Source of the DNA: a bacterium
GTDB lineage: Bacteria > Sysuimicrobiota > Sysuimicrobiia > Sysuimicrobiales > Kaftiobacteriaceae
Reading direction: 5' to 3'
Assembly: GCA_044868695.1 (NCBI GenBank)
Contig: JBIOWP010000090.1
Location: 1 to 12,421, forward strand
DNA: 12,421 nt
Shown here: piece by piece, positions 7,804 through 12,421 of the stretch
Numbering within the stretch: the stretch's first letter is position 1
Layout: each line of letters starts with the position of its first letter
Program-made: the position numbers and the translations under genes
Notes under the pieces: model-generated
The model's database searches: none
Seen by the model: only the letters and a program-made list of their open reading frames with translations
Told to the model about the DNA's origin: nothing

Positions 7804-8370
7804 GTGCTCCTTGACGAGGTGATGCCGCACTACGACGTGCGCGAGGTGCACTCGATTGTAATCCGCGCCTCTCCCGCCGAAGTCGATGCTGCGATCAGAG
7901 CGGTGACGCCTGCGGAGATGCCGGTGGTGGGGATGCTGTTCGCCCTCCGGGCCCTTCCGAACCGCCTGCTGGGACGGGGTCCTGGGATTCGTCCGGCGGC
8001 GGGGACGCCGCTGATGGACCAGGCGCTGCAGGCCGGGTTCGTCCTGCTGGCCGAGGCGCCGCAGCGGGAGATCGTACTCGGCACGGTGGGGATCTTCTGG
8101 TCGCTTCGCGGCGGGCCGTCGGACAGGCTCGCCTCCCCCGGTGCGTTCACCGCTTTCGTGACGCCCGGGCATGCGAAGGCGGCGATGAACTTTCTGCTGG
8201 AACCGCTCGACGGGGGCCACACCCGTCTACGGACTGAGACGCGGATCGAGGCAACCGATCCTCCCTCCCGCCGTCGATTCGGCCGATACTGGCGTGTGAT
8301 TCATCCGGGGAGCGCGTTGATTCGCCGGATGTGGCTGCGCGCCATCAAGGCTCGTGCGGAGACTACCTGA
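7804..8370 (+). CDS. Conserved hypothetical protein (DUF2867/SRPBCC-like by resemblance)
   Basis: 188-aa ORF collinear with its neighbours. LLDEVMPHYDVREVHSIVI, EIVLGTVGIFW, AKAAMNF, TRLRTETRIEATD and RRFGRYWRVIHPGSALIRRMWLRAIK match a hypothetical family recalled from memory; family name is uncertain. Confidence 0.75.
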   Translation: MLLDEVMPHYDVREVHSIVIRASPAEVDAAIRAVTPAEMPVVGMLFALRALPNRLLGRGPGIRPAAGTPLMDQALQAGFVLLAEAPQREIVLGTVGIFWSLRGGPSDRLASPGAFTAFVTPGHAKAAMNFLLEPLDGGHTRLRTETRIEATDPPSRRRFGRYWRVIHPGSALIRRMWLRAIKARAETT

Positions 8371-8379
8371 GGAGATCCT

Positions 8380-9630
8380 GTGCACGTCGAACACTCTCAA
8401 CTCCTCCAGTTCCTCCTGCTCCTCGCGCTGATCATCGCTGCGGCCAAGATCAGTGGGTGGGCCAGCCTGCGCATCGGACAGCCGGCGGTATTTGGCGAGA
8501 TCCTGGTCGGCGTCCTGCTGGGCCCATCGCTGTTGAACGTGCTGGCTTGGCCGCCGTTTCAGGGGGCGGGTCTGGACGCCGTCGTCGCGCATCTGGCCAA
8601 CATCGGCGTCATCTTCCTCATGTTCATCGCCGGGCTGGAGACCGACCTTGGACAGATGCGCCGCGTGGGAAAGGTCGCCGCGGTCGCCGGTGTGGCCGGC
8701 GTGTTCATGCCCCTCGCACTGGGGGTGGGGGTGGCCCTGTCGTTTGGCTACGCGAGCGAGCAGGCGGTCTTCATCGGCATCGTCCTGACGGCGACGAGCG
8801 TGAGCATCACGGTGCAAACCCTGATCGAACTGCGTCAGCTGGAGTCCAAGGAGGGCACGACCCTGCTCGCGGCGGCTGTGATCGACGATGTCATCGCCCT
8901 CATCGTGCTGTCGGCGTTCGTCGCGTTCAGCGCTGGCGGGGGCGGCGGGGCCGGGCGGGTGGGCGCCGTTGCGCTGAGGATGCTGGTGTACTTTACACTG
9001 TTTGTGTGGGCAGGGGCATGGTTCATGCGGCGCGTGTTGAAGCAGGCCGAACGCCTGCCCGTCAGCGAGGGGCTCCTGGCCCTCGTCGTGGTGGTCACTC
9101 TGCTGTACTCCTGGGCGGCAGAAGCCTTCGGTCAGGTGGCGTCCATCACGGGCGCCTACCTGGCAGGCGTGTTGGTGGCGCGGGCCGGATTCCGAGAAGA
9201 GATTGAACACCGGCTCCGCGCGTTCACCTATGCCGTGCTGGTTCCTGTGTTCTTCATCAGTATTGGGCTGCAGACGAATGCGCGTCTCATGGCCGCCGCG
9301 GACATCCCGTTTGCGCTGCTGATCATCGTGGCGGCGGTCGCGGGGAAAGTTCTTGGATGCGGCGGCGGCGCCCTGGCTGCCGGATTCACCAGGCCGGAAG
9401 CGCTGCGCGTCGGCGTGGGGATGGTCAGCCGCGGCGAGGTGGGGCTGATCGTCGCCGCCATCGGGCTGCAGGCGGGACTGCTGGCCGAACAAGGATTCGC
9501 GGTGATGGTCATCATGGTGCTGGCCAGCACCATCGTGACCCCGGTGCTCTTGCGGATGACGTTCCCCCGGCCCGCCCGGGCGCCGACGGAGGCAGAGGCC
9601 GTCGCCGCCGTCATGGGCAAAGAGAAGTGA
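8380..9630 (+). CDS. Cation:proton antiporter, CPA2 family (NapA/GerN-like Na+/H+ exchanger)
   Basis: About 12-13 hydrophobic segments. GQPAVFGEILVGVLLGP, LMFIAGLETD, LTATSVSIT, AAAVIDDV (DD motif), PVFFISIG, GMVSRGEVGL. GAGGAG SD before GTG 8380. Confidence 0.92.
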   Translation: MHVEHSQLLQFLLLLALIIAAAKISGWASLRIGQPAVFGEILVGVLLGPSLLNVLAWPPFQGAGLDAVVAHLANIGVIFLMFIAGLETDLGQMRRVGKVAAVAGVAGVFMPLALGVGVALSFGYASEQAVFIGIVLTATSVSITVQTLIELRQLESKEGTTLLAAAVIDDVIALIVLSAFVAFSAGGGGGAGRVGAVALRMLVYFTLFVWAGAWFMRRVLKQAERLPVSEGLLALVVVVTLLYSWAAEAFGQVASITGAYLAGVLVARAGFREEIEHRLRAFTYAVLVPVFFISIGLQTNARLMAAADIPFALLIIVAAVAGKVLGCGGGALAAGFTRPEALRVGVGMVSRGEVGLIVAAIGLQAGLLAEQGFAVMVIMVLASTIVTPVLLRMTFPRPARAPTEAEAVAAVMGKEK

Positions 9631-11594
9631 CAGCGGTGCCGGAAGTCCGTTTCTTCATCGACCTGGGTCTGCTTTTTCTGGCCGCGCTGGGCGGAGGACT
9701 GCTCGCGCAGGCGGTGCACCAGCCCCTGATCGTCGGCTATATCCTCGCGGGAGTGCTCATCGGCCCGTTCACGCCAGGCCCGACGATCTCCGATCCCCAC
9801 ACATTCCAGTTGTTCGCGGACATCGGCGTCGTGCTCCTGATGTTTACCATCGGCGTCGAGTTTTCGGTCGAGGAACTGCTGCGGGTCCGCAAGGTCGCGC
9901 TCCTGGGCGCGCCGGCGGGGATTGCGTTGATCGTCCTCCTGACCATCCCGGTGGGGACGCTTCTGGGATGGACGGTCACACAGAGCCTGCTGGCCGGTGC
10001 GGCCATCAGCGTGGCCAGCACGATGGTGCTCCTAAAATTTCTCCTCGAGCGAGGCGAACTGGCGACGCTGCACGGGCGCGTCGTGGTTGGGATCACGCTC
10101 GCAGAGGACCTCGCGGTGGTGGCGCTGACCGTGCTGATTCCGGCCCTCGCCTCGCCGGGCGAACAGCGCGTAGCCGTGTTCGGGCGGGCCCTGCTGGAGG
10201 CCGCGGTGCTGCTGGGCCCGCTGCTGTGGCTGGCGCGGCGGGCCGTTCCTCAGTTTCTGGCCAGGGTGGCCCACACGCGCAACATGGAACTGTTCTTGCT
10301 GGTGGCGATGGCCATCGCCATCGGCACCGCCGCGTTGACGGCCGGGTTGGGCCTCTCGATCGCGTTGGGGGCGTTCCTGGCCGGGCTGGTCATCAGCGAA
10401 TCGGAGTTTGCGCACGAAGCGCTGGCGCGCGTGTTGCCGGTGCGCGACATCTTCGTCGCGATCTTCTTTGTGTCCATCGGAACCCTGATCCGCCCCACTC
10501 CGCTGCTGTCGGAGATGCCGGCGGTGGTGGCGCTCGTCCTCCTGGTCGTAGCCGGCAAGTTCGCGGTATGGACCCTGGTCGTCCGCGGTGCAGGCTATCC
10601 CGCGTCCACGGCCCGCGCCGCGGCGTTGGGACTGACCCAGATCGGAGAATTCTCGTACATCTTGGCGAGCGTGGCGCGGACTCACGGTCTCATCACCTCC
10701 GCCATCTACGACGCCGTGCTGGCCACGTCGCTGCTGACCATTCTCATCAACGCGGTAATCTTCCGGCGGACCCCGGTGTGGTTGCAGCGGTTGGTCAGGG
10801 GAACAGAGCCCGCGCCACAGTCTTCGGCCGAGGCGACCTCAACGGAGGGACGGGTGATCATCTGCGGATTCGGGCGCGTGGGCAGAGAGGTGGCCGACGC
10901 ACTTGACGCCTTCCACATTTCCTACACCATCGTCGACCTGGATCCGGAGGCGACGCGCGCCGCCAGGGCGCGACACGCCGATGCGATTTTTGGTGACGCC
11001 GGCAAGGAGTCGATCCTGCGCCACGCCGGAGCGGATCGTGCGCGCCTGGCGGTGGTCGCGGTCCCGGAGTTCGAGGCGGCGCGCCGGGCTGTCACAGCCC
11101 TCCGGGCGATCAGGCGAGACCTGCCGATTCTGGTGCGGGTGCATCAGCAGCGCCATCACGCGGAGCTGATCGAAGCCGGTGCGACCGAAGTGATTCAGCC
11201 CGAGGTGGAGGCTGCCCTGACCATCGTCCGGCACAGCCTGGACCTGCTCGGTGTGGACCACCGCCTGTCCCGCCGCCATATGGAAGGAGCGCGGGCGCAC
11301 TGGCCGGAGGCCGCGCGCACCGAAGGCATGGCGGCGGAGGCGCTGGGGGTGCAGGAGGTCACGGTGCGGGACCCGGCCCTGATCGGGCAGTCGATCGAGG
11401 TGGCGCGCATCCGCGAGCGCAGCGGCGCCGCGGTCGTCAGCATCACCCGGGCCGACGGGCATGAAGTTGTGAATCCCCGTGCCGAAGAAAAGCTCCGGGT
11501 AGGCGACCGGCTCCTGGCAATCGGAAGCCAGGAGCAGCTCGAGGTCCTGCGCCGCATGTGTGGAGAACATGGAGACCCCGACTATCCTGGATAG
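9627..11594 (+). CDS. Cation:proton antiporter, CPA2 family (YbaL/Kef-like) with C-terminal TrkA-N and TrkA-C (RCK) domains
   Basis: QPLIVGYILAGVLIGP, LLMFTIGVEFS, SVASTMV, LAEDL, LGAFLAG..ISESEF, RDIFVAIFFVSIG, LTQIGEFS. Then IICGFGRVG (TrkA-N) and LIGQSI...IRERSGAAVVSITR...NP....L.VGDRLL (TrkA-C). Start is GTG 9627 (GTGA overlap) or GTG 9636; the track start at 9357 lies inside the upstream gene. Confidence 0.92.
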   Translation: MTAVPEVRFFIDLGLLFLAALGGGLLAQAVHQPLIVGYILAGVLIGPFTPGPTISDPHTFQLFADIGVVLLMFTIGVEFSVEELLRVRKVALLGAPAGIALIVLLTIPVGTLLGWTVTQSLLAGAAISVASTMVLLKFLLERGELATLHGRVVVGITLAEDLAVVALTVLIPALASPGEQRVAVFGRALLEAAVLLGPLLWLARRAVPQFLARVAHTRNMELFLLVAMAIAIGTAALTAGLGLSIALGAFLAGLVISESEFAHEALARVLPVRDIFVAIFFVSIGTLIRPTPLLSEMPAVVALVLLVVAGKFAVWTLVVRGAGYPASTARAAALGLTQIGEFSYILASVARTHGLITSAIYDAVLATSLLTILINAVIFRRTPVWLQRLVRGTEPAPQSSAEATSTEGRVIICGFGRVGREVADALDAFHISYTIVDLDPEATRAARARHADAIFGDAGKESILRHAGADRARLAVVAVPEFEAARRAVTALRAIRRDLPILVRVHQQRHHAELIEAGATEVIQPEVEAALTIVRHSLDLLGVDHRLSRRHMEGARAHWPEAARTEGMAAEALGVQEVTVRDPALIGQSIEVARIRERSGAAVVSITRADGHEVVNPRAEEKLRVGDRLLAIGSQEQLEVLRRMCGEHGDPDYPG

Positions 11595-12183
11595 CGACGA
11601 GGAGATCCTCGTCGTGCCCCGGCACCTGCTGCTGGCGGGCCCGCTGGCCGGATTCACTGCGATCGGGGTCGATCGCTACCTGCACGCGGTTCGACAACAC
11701 GGGGAGTTCCGACCGCGCCGGGAGATGGAATCGAACCCCTCGATGAAGCAGGTCATCCCGTACCTTATTGTGCGGCACGGCGCCCGCCTGTTTTTGTTCC
11801 AGCGCTCCGCTGCCGGCGGTGAGCCGAGGCTCCACGGAAAGTACAGCATCGGCGTCGGAGGCCACGTCAACAAAAAGGACGTCACGGATGCCCGCGACGC
11901 GGTGACCGAGGGCATGCGCAGAGAGCTGGAAGAAGAGTTGCGCCTTGAAGGGGCGTGGCGCGCGCGGCCCGTAGGCGTCCTCAACGATGACACGAATCCC
12001 GTGGGTCGCGTCCACTTCGGGCTGGTCCACGTGGTTGAGGTGGAACGGCCCGGTATCGCAGTGCGCGAGGCGGAGACGCTGTCGGGACGCTTGGCCTCGC
12101 TGGCAGAGGTGCGCGCCGTACGCGGGCAGATGGAGACGTGGTCCCAGCTGATCCTGGACTCCGCGGATCCGACGGCGCTGTAG
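11560..12183 (+). CDS. Nudix-family predicted phosphoesterase (YmaB-like)
   Basis: EEILVVPR, KQVIPY, GGEPRLHGKYSIGVGGHVN, GMRRELEEE, GVLNDDTNPVGRVHFGLV, METWSQL. Start GTG 11560 or ATG 11569; overlaps the end of the upstream antiporter. Confidence 0.85.
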   Translation: MENMETPTILDSDEEILVVPRHLLLAGPLAGFTAIGVDRYLHAVRQHGEFRPRREMESNPSMKQVIPYLIVRHGARLFLFQRSAAGGEPRLHGKYSIGVGGHVNKKDVTDARDAVTEGMRRELEEELRLEGAWRARPVGVLNDDTNPVGRVHFGLVHVVEVERPGIAVREAETLSGRLASLAEVRAVRGQMETWSQLILDSADPTAL

Positions 12184-12185
12184 CC

Positions 12186-12421
12186 GTGGCCGACTCGTCC
12201 GGCCACCCCATCGCCGGCATCGTGGCGCACACAATTCCGGTCCGCCCCCCGTACGACCTCATCCGCACGCTGCGCTGCGGACAGGCATTCGGCTGGCGCC
12301 TGGATCACGCCGGCGCCACCGGCCAGTGGGACGGCCGGCCCATCCGGGTGCGCCAGACGCCAACGGGTATCATCGTCGAGGGGCTGGGCCATGACGACGA
12401 TCTGGGTCGCCTGCGCCTGTT
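12186..12421 (+). CDS. 8-oxoguanine DNA glycosylase (OGG1-type), N-terminal part, truncated by the window end (absent from ORF track)
   Basis: GTG 12186 opens a stop-free frame: MADSSGHPIAGIVAHTIPVRPPYDLIRTLRCGQAFGWRLDHAG... DL..TL.CGQAF.W is the OGG_N domain signature. Exact start uncertain (alternative GTG 12222). Confidence 0.78.
   Translation, partial: MADSSGHPIAGIVAHTIPVRPPYDLIRTLRCGQAFGWRLDHAGATGQWDGRPIRVRQTPTGIIVEGLGHDDDLGRLRL

Noticed and set aside
8938..8963. Short-loop G-quadruplex motif inside the NapA-like gene
   Set aside because: Explained by a Gly-rich loop (GGGGGAGRVG) in GC-rich codons; it shows such motifs can arise incidentally here.
749..12392. Long minus-strand and alternate-frame ORFs in the track (e.g. 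749..1732, 2987..4183, 4228..5484, 5271..6893, 6703..8220, 8227..9492, 8331..9206)
   Set aside because: They overlap genes with clear family motifs, are Arg/Pro/Ala/Gly-rich and motif-free, and are the expected shadow ORFs of GC-rich coding DNA.

Overview
GC-rich bacterial window with every credible gene on the + strand, most joined by overlapping stop/start codons. The first half is a tryptophan operon: 3' end of trpE, then trpG, trpD, trpC, trpS (Trp-tRNA synthetase, embedded in the operon), trpF, trpB and trpA. It runs directly into a MutT-type Nudix hydrolase whose N-terminus the ORF track misses because it apparently starts at CTG. Next come a DUF1646-type membrane protein, a conserved hypothetical protein, two CPA2 cation/proton antiporters, a second Nudix protein and the 5' end of an OGG1-type 8-oxoguanine glycosylase. 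The most unusual feature is a 116-bp insert between trpS and trpF. It consists of inverted heptamer tandem repeats (a 28-bp hairpin that is also a G-quadruplex motif), is bounded by a duplicated ATGA, and is spanned exactly by a 39-codon mini-ORF that overlaps the trpS stop and the trpF start. A second G-tract tandem repeat (octamer) lies in the trpE tail over the trpG ribosome-binding site. All calls come from manual motif reading; no searches or folding calculations were run.
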